This document shows positions 40,766 through 50,237 of a stretch of 64,000 nucleotides of DNA, piece by piece. Source of the stretch: an uncultured Actinomycetota bacterium (GTDB taxonomy: Bacteria > Actinomycetota > Actinomycetes > S36-B12). A program made the translations under genes and the position numbers. The notes beneath the pieces are model-generated. The model was not told where the DNA came from. It searched no databases and was given only the letters and a program-made list of their open reading frames with translations. Position 1 is the stretch's first letter. Every line of letters begins with the position of its first letter. The stretch lies in the NCBI GenBank assembly GCA_963749905.1, contig CAVVOF010000003.1, forward strand, positions 642,806 to 706,805. The letters are read 5' to 3'.

Positions 40766-41653
40766 ATGACCGTGGACGTGGGTGTCGTCATCCGACCGCA
40801 GGTACCGCCGGAGATCATGCGGGGCCTGTTTCAGCACGCGGAGTCCGTCGGGCTCGAGCAGGTGTGGCTGTGGGAGGACTGCTTCCTCGAGGGCGGCGTG
40901 TCGTCCGCGGCCACCGCGCTGGCCGACACCGAGCGGCTCGCCGTCGGGATCGGGCTGCTGCCGGTCCCCCTGCGCAACGTCGCCGCGACCGCCATGGAGA
41001 TCGCGACCCTGGACCGCCTGCACGGTCAACGGCTGCGGGTTGCGGTCGGGCACGGCGTGCAGGAGTGGATGGGCCAGGTCGGCGCCCGCGCCGAATCGCC
41101 CCTGACGCTCATGCGCGAGTACCTCAGCGCCCTGCGCCGCCTGCTCGCGGGCGAAACCGTCAGCACCGACGGGACGTACGTCCGGCTCGACCACGTGGCG
41201 CTCGACTGGCCGCCATCCGAGCCGACGCGGATCCTGATGGGCGCGGCCGGCCCGAAGTCCCTGAGCCTGGCTGGCGAGCTCGCCGACGGCGTCGTCCTGA
41301 TGGAGGACACCTCGCCGGACGCGCTCGCGTCCGCGCTCGCGGCCATTCAGGAGGGTCGCGAGAAGGGGCATCGACGGGACGCCTTCGACGTCGTCGTGTA
41401 CCTGCGTGCCTACCGGGGTCCCGATGCCCAGGAGAAGCTGCGCCGCGACGCCAAGTACCCGACCGGCAACTTCGGCATCGAGCTCACCGCATCCGCGGTC
41501 GGGCAGGCCGTGGCCGACCTGGCCGGCGCGGGTGCGACGACAGTGGTCCTCGTGCCCGCCGGCGACGAGGACTCCGTGCCGGCCTACCTCGACCAGGCCG
41601 CGGGCATCATCGGCGAGATCCAGCCGACGACGCCCACGGCCCCGCAGGGGTAG
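40766..41653 (+). CDS. LLM-class (luciferase-like) F420-dependent oxidoreductase
   Basis: 295 aa with VWLWEDCF, VGIGLLPVPLRNV and ILMGAAGPKSLSLAGELADGVVL patterns. Confidence 0.85.
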   Translation: MTVDVGVVIRPQVPPEIMRGLFQHAESVGLEQVWLWEDCFLEGGVSSAATALADTERLAVGIGLLPVPLRNVAATAMEIATLDRLHGQRLRVAVGHGVQEWMGQVGARAESPLTLMREYLSALRRLLAGETVSTDGTYVRLDHVALDWPPSEPTRILMGAAGPKSLSLAGELADGVVLMEDTSPDALASALAAIQEGREKGHRRDAFDVVVYLRAYRGPDAQEKLRRDAKYPTGNFGIELTASAVGQAVADLAGAGATTVVLVPAGDEDSVPAYLDQAAGIIGEIQPTTPTAPQG

Positions 41654-41654
41654 A

Positions 41655-42146
41655 TCAGGCCTGGACCTCCACCAGCCGGCCGGTGGCGACGTCGAAGACG
41701 AAGCCGCGTACCTGGTCGGTGTGGGGGATGAAGGCACTGGACGTGATCCGCCTGATCGAGCGGCGCACGTCCTCCTCCACGTCATCGAACGCCTCGGCCG
41801 ACCACTCGGGCTTCAGTCCGGTCTCGTCGGCGATTCCCTCGCGGAACTCGTCGTCCGTGAAGGTGAGCATTCCGCAGTCGGTGTGGTGGATGAGGATGAT
41901 CTCTCGCGTGCCCAGCAGTCGCTGGCTGATGGCCAGCGACCGGATCTCGTCGGCGGTGACGACGCCACCCGCGTTGCGGATCACGTGCGCCTCGCCCTCC
42001 TTGATCCCCAGCACGGCGGCGACGTCGAGGCGAGCATCCATGCAGGCGACGACGGCCACGCCCCGCGAGGGCGGCAGCGGCAGCGGTCCCTCGAACGTCT
42101 CGGCGTAGGTCGCGTTGTTCGACAGGTACTCGTCGGTGACGGTCAT
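41655..42146 (-). CDS. beta-class carbonic anhydrase
   Basis: Zinc ligand contexts VVACMDARLD and IHHTDCGM. ATG at 42146 after AGGACGAGGA. Confidence 0.9.
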   Translation of the reverse strand: MTVTDEYLSNNATYAETFEGPLPLPPSRGVAVVACMDARLDVAAVLGIKEGEAHVIRNAGGVVTADEIRSLAISQRLLGTREIILIHHTDCGMLTFTDDEFREGIADETGLKPEWSAEAFDDVEEDVRRSIRRITSSAFIPHTDQVRGFVFDVATGRLVEVQA

Positions 42147-42295
42147 TCCTCGTCCTTTCGGGGGACATGCCCCATTCGCAGTTACGATCGGTCCGCAGAG
42201 GATTTCCCAGTCGTCGCGCAGCCCGGCCACCCCCCTCGTCAGTTGCAAGGGCTGGGCAGATGACGACTCGTTGCGCGACCTGACCCGAAGCGGAG

Positions 42296-42727
42296 GTGAC
42301 GGTGAACGATCCCCAATCGGCTGGCCCCGCAGACCCGGGACCGTTCTTCCACGGCACCAAGGCCGCACTGCAGATCGGGGATCGGCTGGTGGCCGGCAAC
42401 GACTCCAACTTCGGCGCCGGCGCGACGGCGAACTTCGTCTACCTCACCGCCACGCTCGACGCGGCGGTCTGGGGAGCGGAGCTGGCGCTGGGTGACGAGC
42501 CGGGCCGCATCTACGTGGTCGAGCCCACCGGTCCGTTCGAGGACGATCCGAACCTGACCGACAAGAAGTTCCCGGGCAACCCCACGCGGTCGTACCGGAC
42601 CAGAGCCCCTCTGGTGGTGGTCGGCGAGGTCGAGGAGTGGGAGGGCCACCCCGCGGAGGTGCTCACCGCGATGCTCGACCATCTCGCGGAGCTCAAGCGC
42701 CAAGGCATCGAAGCCATCAACGACTAG
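42296..42727 (+). CDS. arr: NAD(+)-rifampin ADP-ribosyltransferase
   Basis: GPFFHGTKAALQIGD, AVWGAELA, IYVVEPTGPFEDDPNLTDKKFPGNPTRSYRT and VEEWEGHP align closely with my memory of Arr-ms. Confidence 0.9.
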   Translation: MTVNDPQSAGPADPGPFFHGTKAALQIGDRLVAGNDSNFGAGATANFVYLTATLDAAVWGAELALGDEPGRIYVVEPTGPFEDDPNLTDKKFPGNPTRSYRTRAPLVVVGEVEEWEGHPAEVLTAMLDHLAELKRQGIEAIND

Positions 42728-42747
42728 GACGGGCCTAGGATCCCGCC

Positions 42748-43302
42748 ATGGCGACTAACCCCGATCGCGCGAGCTATTTCCCCGCCATCGAGAAGAAGTA
42801 CGGGCAGCCGATGTCCTACTGGTTCGACCAGATGGAGCAGATCTCCGACCGCAAGTACCCCGAGCAGATCGCGTTCCTCAGGGAGAACCACGGCTTCAGC
42901 CAGGCGCATGCCAACGCGCTGGTGATGTACTCCCGCGGGTCGACGAGCGCGCACCGCGTGCACACCCTCGACGAGTACCTCGCCCCCCATGACGAGACCA
43001 AGCGGGCAACGGTCGCGGCGATCTTCGCGGCCATCACGTCGAAGTACCCGAGGATGGAGATCGTCATCGCGTGGAACCAGCCGATGCTCAAGCTCGACGG
43101 GCAGTACGTCTTCGGCGTCTCCGTGCTGACGAACCACATCCTGATCGCCCCCTGGGGCTCGGGCATCATCGACCAGTTCCGGCCGCGGCTCACCGACTAC
43201 AAGGTGAACAAGAAGACCATCCAGGTGCCCGTCGACTGGAAGCCGGACGCCGCGCTCCTGCGCGACATGGTGGCGGCGCGGATCGACGAGATCTCGGGCT
43301 GA
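42748..43302 (+). CDS. DUF4287 + DUF1801 (YdhG-like) domain protein
   Basis: SYFPAIEKKYGQPMSYWFDQM (DUF4287) followed by IAWNQPMLKLDGQYVFG (DUF1801). Confidence 0.8.
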   Translation: MATNPDRASYFPAIEKKYGQPMSYWFDQMEQISDRKYPEQIAFLRENHGFSQAHANALVMYSRGSTSAHRVHTLDEYLAPHDETKRATVAAIFAAITSKYPRMEIVIAWNQPMLKLDGQYVFGVSVLTNHILIAPWGSGIIDQFRPRLTDYKVNKKTIQVPVDWKPDAALLRDMVAARIDEISG

Positions 43303-43393
43303 GCGGACAACTGCCGCCAGCGCGCATCACCACCGTCGGAGGATGAGACTGGTGGAGTGCCGTCGTGCTGCGGCACTGAGTGAGGAGGTTCCC

Positions 43394-43555
43394 ATGACCC
43401 ATTCCGAGGAACTGCTGAATCACCCGCCCGCCATGGCGGAGATGGCCGGTAGCGCGCTGGACTCCGAGAGCCACGCCGCGTCACCCGTTCATCCCGGACA
43501 TCCCGAGGAAGTGCCACTGGGCATGGCGCAGATCGAGACCGAGACGCAGGAGTAG
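43394..43555 (+). CDS. small acidic hypothetical protein (53 aa)
   Basis: ATG preceded by GAGGAGG. Short, with no family recognised. Confidence 0.35.
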   Translation: MTHSEELLNHPPAMAEMAGSALDSESHAASPVHPGHPEEVPLGMAQIETETQE

Positions 43556-43582
43556 CGCCAGAGCTCAACAGGCGTCGACTCG

Positions 43583-43918
43583 CTAGAACATCTCGCGACG
43601 GTAGCGGCGCGCCTCGCGCCACCGCTCCCACCACGTCATCTCCGAGCGTTCCTGGGTGACCTTGGACCGCAGTCGCCGCATTTCGCCGTCGAGGGCGTGC
43701 TCGGCCTCCAGACGGCGACGCTCCTCGAGAGCCCCGTGCCACTCGGCTGTCGCCTGGGCGAGCAGATCGTCCGCATCCGCGCGGCGCGCGGGATCGTGCG
43801 CCACGGAGCCGTCGGACATCATGAGTTCGTGCGTCAGGCTCGCAACGGTGGCCTGGCAGGTCTGCTCACGCAGGATCGCGCGCGCCAGCGCGGCCGGGGG
43901 ACGTTGCTCGTGATGCAC
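43583..43918 (-). CDS. hypothetical coiled-coil protein
   Basis: 111-aa ORF, Arg/Glu-rich and helical. Start uncertain; weak evidence. Confidence 0.4.
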   Translation of the reverse strand: MHHEQRPPAALARAILREQTCQATVASLTHELMMSDGSVAHDPARRADADDLLAQATAEWHGALEERRRLEAEHALDGEMRRLRSKVTQERSEMTWWERWREARRYRREMF

Positions 43919-43964
43919 GCTGAAGACTGTAACTTCCCGGAGCGGCGATCCCGCGCAGGCTGAG

Positions 43965-44835
43965 CTACCGGAAACTCGCGTCGAGGGCCGCCTTCACGTC
44001 CGCGAGGTAGTCGACGTGGGCCGCGATCGCGGGCAGTCCCACCTTCTCCGTGAGCACACAGACTCCCGTACCGCCCGCCACCTGCCAGCGCACCGCGGTG
44101 TCCACGACGTCCTTCGCGGACCGCGCACGGGTGAGGATGAGCTCGAGCCCGAACCCGTCCTCACTCCGACCGGCCTCCCGGAGGTGGTATCGCACCCGCG
44201 CCAAGCCCTCGATCGCCGAGTCGACGTCGCCCGCGAAGGAGTAGCCGTCCCCGAGGGTTCCCCCACGCCGATAGGCGGGCTCGCTGAACCCACCCACCCA
44301 GATCGGGATCTGCCGCGTCGGCCGGGGGTTGATGCAGCAGCGCTCGAGGTGGTGGAACTGTCCCTGGTACGTCACCAACGGCTCGGCCCACAGCAGTCGC
44401 AGCACCTCGATCTGCTCGTCCAGGCGCGGACCCCGGGTCGCGAAGTCCTCGCGCAGGGCGTCGTACTCGACCCAGTTCCAGCCGGTCCCCACACCGAGAC
44501 GAAGCCGGCCGCCCGAGAGCAGGTCCGCGTCGGCCGCCTGCTGGGCGACCAGGGCGGTCTGCCTCTGCGGCAGGATCAGGACGCCGGTGGCGAGCTCGAT
44601 CCGCTCGGTGATGCCGGCGAGGTAGCCGAACGCGACGAACGGATCGTGGAACGAGTCGTCGCTCGGTGTACGGACCCCACAGCGGCGGCTCACGGTCGGC
44701 GTGCTCGGCACCGACCACGTGGTCGTAGAACAGCAGGCTGTCGAAGCCGAGTTCGTCGACGGCCAGGCCGAGGTCGCGAAGCGCCGCGGGATCGCCGTGC
44801 GTCTCGTTCTGCGGGTAGACGACGCCGAACTTCAC
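43965..44835 (-). pseudogene. LLM-class F420-dependent oxidoreductase, frameshifted near 44660-44665
   Basis: The N-part VKFGVVYPQNETHGDPAALRDLGLAVDELGFDSLLFYDHVV...PLWGPYT continues in the next frame as SDDSFHDPFVAFGYLAGITERIELATGVLILPQR. 871 nt is 3n+1. Confidence 0.75.
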
Positions 44836-45281
44836 TGCTTGGCCCTGCGCGGATTCACCACTCCACCGTCACGGCGCGGCTCGATGCCAGCCTCCAGCAC
44901 CCGACGTTCCCGGATCCGCCACGTGCCGTCGATGAGTTCCCACCGGTCGTGGTACTCGCCCCAGAGGATCATGTCCGGCTTGCTGCGGTCGAGGAATCGG
45001 TGCCACGCGCGCACATAGCTGATGGCGGTGGCGTCCGTCTCGCTCGTGAAGGTGACGGCGATGTTCGAGATGAGGTGCTGCGTCGCCTCGAACTGCGCCA
45101 GGACCCGGCTCATCCAGTCGACGACCGCGTCCACGCCGTGAATGTCACCACTGTGCGGTGAGGCGAAGACGCACGCCTTCGCGAAGACGTCCCGGTGGTT
45201 CTCCGGCTCGAACCAGTCGGTGGCTCGCGCGTAGCGGAACATCTGGTCGGCGATGGCCGCCCGATCCTCGAGTCGATCCAT
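44832..45281 (-). CDS. SnoaL-like (NTF2 superfamily) protein
   Basis: MDRLEDRAAIADQMFRYARATD...HLISNIAVTF...WGEYHDRWELIDGTWRI. GTGA overlap with the downstream LLM gene. Confidence 0.8.
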   Translation of the reverse strand: MDRLEDRAAIADQMFRYARATDWFEPENHRDVFAKACVFASPHSGDIHGVDAVVDWMSRVLAQFEATQHLISNIAVTFTSETDATAISYVRAWHRFLDRSKPDMILWGEYHDRWELIDGTWRIRERRVLEAGIEPRRDGGVVNPRRAKQ

Positions 45282-45413
45282 GGGTGCCCCTCTGGTCGGT
45301 GCTCGTCTGGCCAGCACTCAGCCTGCCGTCCGGGCAGAGTAGCGGCCGCTGCGAGCAGGCGGCTATTGCCCGCCGCCCGCGACTCCGCGGACCGGCCGAC
45401 CTACCGTGGAGTC

Positions 45414-46400
45414 ATGGTCACCGTCGTTACCGGGGCCGCAGGACACGTCGGCGTCAACCTGGTCCGGGCACTCCTCGACGAGGACCGGGACGTCCGCGTG
45501 GTCGACATCATCGATCCTCGGCCGTTGGTCGGTCCCGGCGTCGACTGGGTCAAGGCCGACGTGCGCGACGAGGACGCCATGCGCGCCGCGCTCACCGGTG
45601 CCTCGACGGTCTTCCACCTCGCAGCAGTGATCTCGGTCGCCGGGTCCCGCGGTGGACTGGTCGAGAGCGTGAACGTCGGTGGGGTGCGCGCGACCTCGCG
45701 GGGCGCGTTGCGCGCGGGGGTCTCGCGATTCGTGCACTGCTCGTCCGTGCATGCCTTCGACCTGATGGCCTGTCGCGATCGGGTCGTGGACGAGCGATCC
45801 CCTCGGGCAACGGATCCCGGCCTGCCGATCTACGACCGCTCGAAGGCGGCCGGCGAGCGCATGCTGGGCGAGGCGGTGCGGGACGGACTGCCCGCGGTCA
45901 TCGTCAACCCCAGCGGGATCATCGGGCCGATCGACGTCGGTCCGTCGCGCATGGCCGAGGTCCTTCGGGCCGCTGCCCGCGGGCGGCTCCCGGCGACGGT
46001 GACGGGGAGCTTCGACTGGGTGGATGTTCGCGACGTGGTCTCCGCTCTGCTGGCGGCCGAAAGCCGCGGAGCGGTCGGCGAGAACCACCTCCTAGGCGGT
46101 CGATCCGCGACGCTGTCCGAGCTCGCGGCACTCGCATGTGACGCGACTGGCGCTCGCCGCCCGTTGGCAGACCTGCCCCTGTGGTTCGCGAAGATCTGGT
46201 CTCCCGCGGCCACCTCACTCGCGTCGCGCAGTCGCAACCCGCTGCTCTACACCTTTGACTCACTGCACGCACTCGAGAGCCGGCCACGCATAGATCACAG
46301 CAAGGCCACTGCGACCCTGGGGTTCCACCCACGCCCGCTGGAGCAGACGGTCTCGGACCTGATCACGGCCGAGTCGCTCGTGCGGGCCCCCGCTCGGTGA
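45414..46400 (+). CDS. NAD-dependent epimerase/dehydratase-family SDR
   Basis: MVTVVTGAAGHVGVNLVRAL and YDRSKAAGE (YxxxK). Confidence 0.85.
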   Translation: MVTVVTGAAGHVGVNLVRALLDEDRDVRVVDIIDPRPLVGPGVDWVKADVRDEDAMRAALTGASTVFHLAAVISVAGSRGGLVESVNVGGVRATSRGALRAGVSRFVHCSSVHAFDLMACRDRVVDERSPRATDPGLPIYDRSKAAGERMLGEAVRDGLPAVIVNPSGIIGPIDVGPSRMAEVLRAAARGRLPATVTGSFDWVDVRDVVSALLAAESRGAVGENHLLGGRSATLSELAALACDATGARRPLADLPLWFAKIWSPAATSLASRSRNPLLYTFDSLHALESRPRIDHSKATATLGFHPRPLEQTVSDLITAESLVRAPAR

Positions 46401-46410
46401 AGGGTCGGGA

Positions 46411-47169
46411 TCAGTCGCTGCGGCCGGAACCCGACTCGATGGTCACCAACGCCTCCAACGCGGTGCGCGCCTCGGACAGTCGCTGGCGCGTCTCCGCGAC
46501 CCGACTGACAGCCTGCTGCTCGGCGTCGAGGGCCCCTTGCAGGGACTGTTCGAGCTCCGCGACCTCGAGTTCCGCTGCCTGCACCTCGGTGTTCAGGACC
46601 ACCATGGCGGGCGAGAGCGCCGGCTCCTCCTCGACGGCGGCCGGCTCCTCGTCGAACACCGGCTCGGGCAGGTAGACCGGCTCGGGCGCGCGCGCGGGCT
46701 CCGGGGCCTGCATTCGGACGTCCTCGGACAGCAGCGCACGGCTGCTCTCGAGGTCTCCCGACACCTCCGAGTCCGGCTCCAGGTCCGTCCAGACCAGCGC
46801 GGGCTCTGGACCGGCGTCGCCCGACCGACCAGCGCTGGACGCGGTGGACTCGAACTCGAGCTCCGGGGCGTCCGGAAGGTCCTCCTTCATGAACCAGTCG
46901 GCGTCGAACTCGAAAACCTCGAGCAGAGCCGCGCCAAGCTCCTCAGCAGAGACCGGCCTCACTACCGGCGGGGCGCCCTCGGCACTGGGCGGTGCGCCAG
47001 GCTCCGAATCGGTGTGGATGATCGTGTAGCGCTTCATCAACTCGTCGGTGACCCGGGTCAGGTGCTCCCGCTGCTCGTCACTCAGCCCGGGACCCTTGGT
47101 GCTGAACTCGTCCTCATGACCTGGGATGAGGCGTCGCCAACCGCCTGCCCTCGACTCGGGGGGTGCCAT
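46411..47169 (-). CDS. acidic hypothetical protein with C-terminal coiled coil
   Basis: 252 aa from the ATG at 47169, with Glu/Pro-rich repeats (PEPARAPEPVYLPEPVFDEEP). No family recognised. Confidence 0.5.
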   Translation of the reverse strand: MAPPESRAGGWRRLIPGHEDEFSTKGPGLSDEQREHLTRVTDELMKRYTIIHTDSEPGAPPSAEGAPPVVRPVSAEELGAALLEVFEFDADWFMKEDLPDAPELEFESTASSAGRSGDAGPEPALVWTDLEPDSEVSGDLESSRALLSEDVRMQAPEPARAPEPVYLPEPVFDEEPAAVEEEPALSPAMVVLNTEVQAAELEVAELEQSLQGALDAEQQAVSRVAETRQRLSEARTALEALVTIESGSGRSD

Positions 47170-47251
47170 GGCTCTCCGTTCTCTCAAGGCGAGTATCGGC
47201 TCCTCTGCCGTCACACGCCACCTCGACGCGGATCCGTCGTACTCTCGCCGC

Positions 47252-47491
47252 ATGTGCCGCAGCATCAAGACCCTCCGACCTCCGTTCACCGACGACGTCA
47301 CTCCGGATGACGTCCACGCGGCGGCCCTGCAGTACGTGCGGAAGATCAGCGGCTTCCGGGCGCCCGCCGCGCACAACCGCGAGGCGTTCGACCACGCCGT
47401 CGACGCCGTGGCGGAGGCGACTCGGGAGTTGCTCGAACTGCTGACCGTCCGAGGTCAGCAGGCACGAAGCGGAACAGGCACCCGTGCCTGA
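47252..47491 (+). CDS. DUF2277 domain protein
   Basis: MCRSIKTLRPPFTDDVTPDDVHAAALQYVRKISGFRAPAAHN is the conserved DUF2277 N-terminus. Confidence 0.8.
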   Translation: MCRSIKTLRPPFTDDVTPDDVHAAALQYVRKISGFRAPAAHNREAFDHAVDAVAEATRELLELLTVRGQQARSGTGTRA

Positions 47492-47509
47492 TGGTCGCGG
47501 GGCAGTCGG

Positions 47510-47902
47510 CTAGCGCGCGTCCTCGTCCGGCTGGTGGATGCCGAAGGTGTTGCCCTCGGTGTCGAGGTAGTAGCCCTGCCAGGCCATGCCGACCAGAGGC
47601 ATCTTCGGCAGCGCGACCTGTCCGCCGGCCCCGAGGATCCGCTCCTCGGTGGCGTCGTAGTCATCGACCTCAATCGTGCAGATGAACGCATTCGACCCGG
47701 ATCCGGCCGCGGCGGGGATGGGCCGCTGGAGCAGCCCACCGTCGATGCCCGCCTCGTCGGACGGTCCGGTGCTGATTCCCCAGTACGTCGAGTCGACGAC
47801 CTCGCCCCAGTCCTGGAACTGCCAGTCGAACGCCGCGGCGTAGAACGCCTTGGCTCGTTCGACGTCGTCGGCGTGGATCTCGAAGTGAACGACACGGGAC
47901 AT
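47510..47902 (-). CDS. VOC (glyoxalase/bleomycin-resistance) family protein
   Basis: MSRVVHFEIHADDVERAKAFYAAAFDWQF...YLDTEGNTFGIHQ. GGAGG RBS. Confidence 0.85.
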   Translation of the reverse strand: MSRVVHFEIHADDVERAKAFYAAAFDWQFQDWGEVVDSTYWGISTGPSDEAGIDGGLLQRPIPAAAGSGSNAFICTIEVDDYDATEERILGAGGQVALPKMPLVGMAWQGYYLDTEGNTFGIHQPDEDAR

Positions 47903-47975
47903 CTGTGCCTCCGGGTTCCCTAGTGGCGTGACACGATCAGCGTCCCACCGCCGGGGTCCGCACGGAAGGGGAGCC

Positions 47976-48929
47976 ATGAGCAGCCCGACCAGGCTCCGCC
48001 CGGACCCCGCTCGCACCGGTGGTCCGTGGCGTCGAGGAATCGCACTGCTCGTGTGCCTTGCCGCGCTAGCGGCAGGTACCCATTCGGCGCGAGCCGAGCC
48101 AGCCGAGGACGTGCGGCTGCGCCCCGAGTACGCAACGGTCGCGGGCACGACGATCGCGTGGGCCGCGGTCGGGCAGGGACCCTCGATCCTGTTGCTCAAC
48201 GGCACGGCCTCGCCCATGAACGAGTGGGACCCGGCCTTCCTCGGCGCCCTTGCGCGGGGTCACCGCGTCATCGTCTTCGACTATCCCGGGCTTGGGTTGT
48301 CAGGTGCTGCCCCCGGTCCCTGGCGCTTCGAGCGTGCCGCTGACTGGGTGGCCGCACTGCTCGACGAGATCGCACCGGGCGAGTCCGTGGACGTGCTCGG
48401 CTGGTCGATGGGCGGATTCATCGCCCAGCGTCTCGCCGTTCAGCATCCCGATCGCATCCGCCGGCTCGTCCTCGCGGGCACCAACCCGGGCGGCGACGCC
48501 ACCGTCCTCGGACCGCGCTGGGTTCAGGCGGCCGACAGCTCGGGAGCGGATGACGCCTACCTGCGCACCAACTACCCGGCGGACGGCCGGGCTGCCGGCG
48601 AGCGCTTCCTCAGCCGACTGGACCGGGCCCTCGACAGCGGGCGATACCCGGAGGAGTCGGTGCCGTCACGGACACGACGGGCAATGGTCCGCGCGGAGGA
48701 TCCGTGGCTGCGGAGCAACACCAACCTCCGCGAGCTCGCGTCGGTGACGATCCCGACGCTGGTCATCACTGGAGCCGACGATGTCATCACGCCGCCGGCC
48801 AACAGCCGCGCCATCGCGCGCGCCCTGCCGGCTGCCGACCTGCGCCTCGTCCCGGACGCCGGTCACTCCTTCCTGTTCCAGCAGCCGGTGCGGATGGCCC
48901 GGGTGATCGACCGCTTCCTGAGTCCTTGA
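47976..48929 (+). CDS. secreted alpha/beta hydrolase
   Basis: Signal RRGIALLVCLAALAAGTHSARA, nucleophile elbow VLGWSMGGFIA, and a C-terminal DAGHSFLF. Confidence 0.85.
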   Translation: MSSPTRLRPDPARTGGPWRRGIALLVCLAALAAGTHSARAEPAEDVRLRPEYATVAGTTIAWAAVGQGPSILLLNGTASPMNEWDPAFLGALARGHRVIVFDYPGLGLSGAAPGPWRFERAADWVAALLDEIAPGESVDVLGWSMGGFIAQRLAVQHPDRIRRLVLAGTNPGGDATVLGPRWVQAADSSGADDAYLRTNYPADGRAAGERFLSRLDRALDSGRYPEESVPSRTRRAMVRAEDPWLRSNTNLRELASVTIPTLVITGADDVITPPANSRAIARALPAADLRLVPDAGHSFLFQQPVRMARVIDRFLSP

Positions 48930-48944
48930 CGACCTGAGGCGGCG

Positions 48945-49346
48945 TCAGCCGCCCAGGAACGACAGCCGCACGTGCCGCCTCGGGTTGTCTGCGTTCGGGT
49001 CGACGAGCACGACGCTCTGCCACGTCCCCAGCTGCAGTCGACCGCCCACGACCGGAATGGTGAGACTCGGCGCCACCAGCGCCGGCAGGACGTGATCCCG
49101 GCCATGCCCCGGAGACCCATGCCGGTGCCGATAGGCCGCGTCCCTCGGCAGCAGCGACTCCAGCGCCAGCTCGAGGTCGGCCTCGGTACCGCTCCCCGTT
49201 TCGAACAGCGCCACCCCTGCGGTCGCGTGCGGGACGAACACGTTGCACAGCCCGTCACCGAGTGGACGGCAGAACTCCGCCACCTCCGTCGTGATGTCCG
49301 TGGCCAGTCGGTCGCCGGTGGTGACGTCGATCAGTCGTGAGTCCAT
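48945..49346 (-). CDS. YjbQ/UPF0047 family (secondary thiamine-phosphate synthase) protein
   Basis: CNVFVPHATAGVALFE...HGRDHVLPALV...LGTWQSVVLVD pattern. Confidence 0.85.
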   Translation of the reverse strand: MDSRLIDVTTGDRLATDITTEVAEFCRPLGDGLCNVFVPHATAGVALFETGSGTEADLELALESLLPRDAAYRHRHGSPGHGRDHVLPALVAPSLTIPVVGGRLQLGTWQSVVLVDPNADNPRRHVRLSFLGG

Positions 49347-49436
49347 GGCTGGATTGTGTCGAAGGACGGCACGCGACCGCCCGGCCGCGGGTCACCCTGC
49401 GCGGCGCGTCCCTGGTTCGGCCCTAGGGTTCCGAGC

Positions 49437-50237
49437 GTGAGGCAGACGAAGGCTCAGGTTGCGGGCGATGTCGCCGTCGGCGGCGGCGTCGGCGTGTTCT
49501 CGGGCGCCTTCGGAGTCGGCGGCGGACTGATGCTCGTCCCCTACCTGGTCCTGGTCCGGCACCTGCCACAGAAGACCGCGCAGGCCACCTCCCTGGTGAT
49601 GGTCGCGATGGCCGCGTTGGCCGGGGCGGCTCGGTACACCCTCGGCGACTCGGTGGCCTGGCTGCCGGCCCTCGTCATCACGGTCGGCGGACTGGTCGGT
49701 GCCTATGCGGGTGCCCACATCGTTCAGCGCTCGAGGAACGCCGTGCTCCAGGCACTGTTCGGCGCCCTGGTGGTGATCGCCGGGGTGCGCATGCTGTGGC
49801 CCCAGGCCCCGACGTCCGCCTCGGCTGCGAACCTGCCGGAGCTCACCGTCACCACAATGGCCGCGTATGTCGCCGCCGGGCTGGGGATGGGGCTGCTCTC
49901 GGCGCTCTTCGGCATCGGCGGCGGGATCCTGCTCGTCCCGGTGCTCGTCGCCGCGTTCGGCTTCAGTCAGCAGCTCGCCGCCGGCACCTCGTTGGCCGTC
50001 ATGGTGCCCATCTCCATCGTCGGCGCGATCCGGCTGACCAAGCCCGGACTCACCGACTGGCCACAGGGCTTCCAGTTCGGTCTCGGCGCGATCGTCGGTG
50101 CGGTGGTGGGTGCATCGATCGCGTTGGCGGTGAGCGGCTCTGCGTTGCGGATCGGCTTCGCGGTCCTGATGTTCATCGTCGGCGGACGGATGGCGTGGAC
50201 GGCGATGCGAGCGGCCCGGCCCGGGCAGGAGCCCTGA
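49437..50237 (+). CDS. TauE/SafE-family sulfite/anion exporter
   Basis: FGVGGGLMLVPYLV and FGIGGGILLVPVLV repeats. The start is uncertain (GTG 49437, or the ORF start at 49356). Confidence 0.8.
   Translation: MRQTKAQVAGDVAVGGGVGVFSGAFGVGGGLMLVPYLVLVRHLPQKTAQATSLVMVAMAALAGAARYTLGDSVAWLPALVITVGGLVGAYAGAHIVQRSRNAVLQALFGALVVIAGVRMLWPQAPTSASAANLPELTVTTMAAYVAAGLGMGLLSALFGIGGGILLVPVLVAAFGFSQQLAAGTSLAVMVPISIVGAIRLTKPGLTDWPQGFQFGLGAIVGAVVGASIALAVSGSALRIGFAVLMFIVGGRMAWTAMRAARPGQEP

Noticed and set aside
42147-42295. Rifamycin-associated element (RAE) upstream of arr.
   Set aside because: Only weak inverted repeats are visible, and I do not remember the RAE consensus reliably enough to claim a match.
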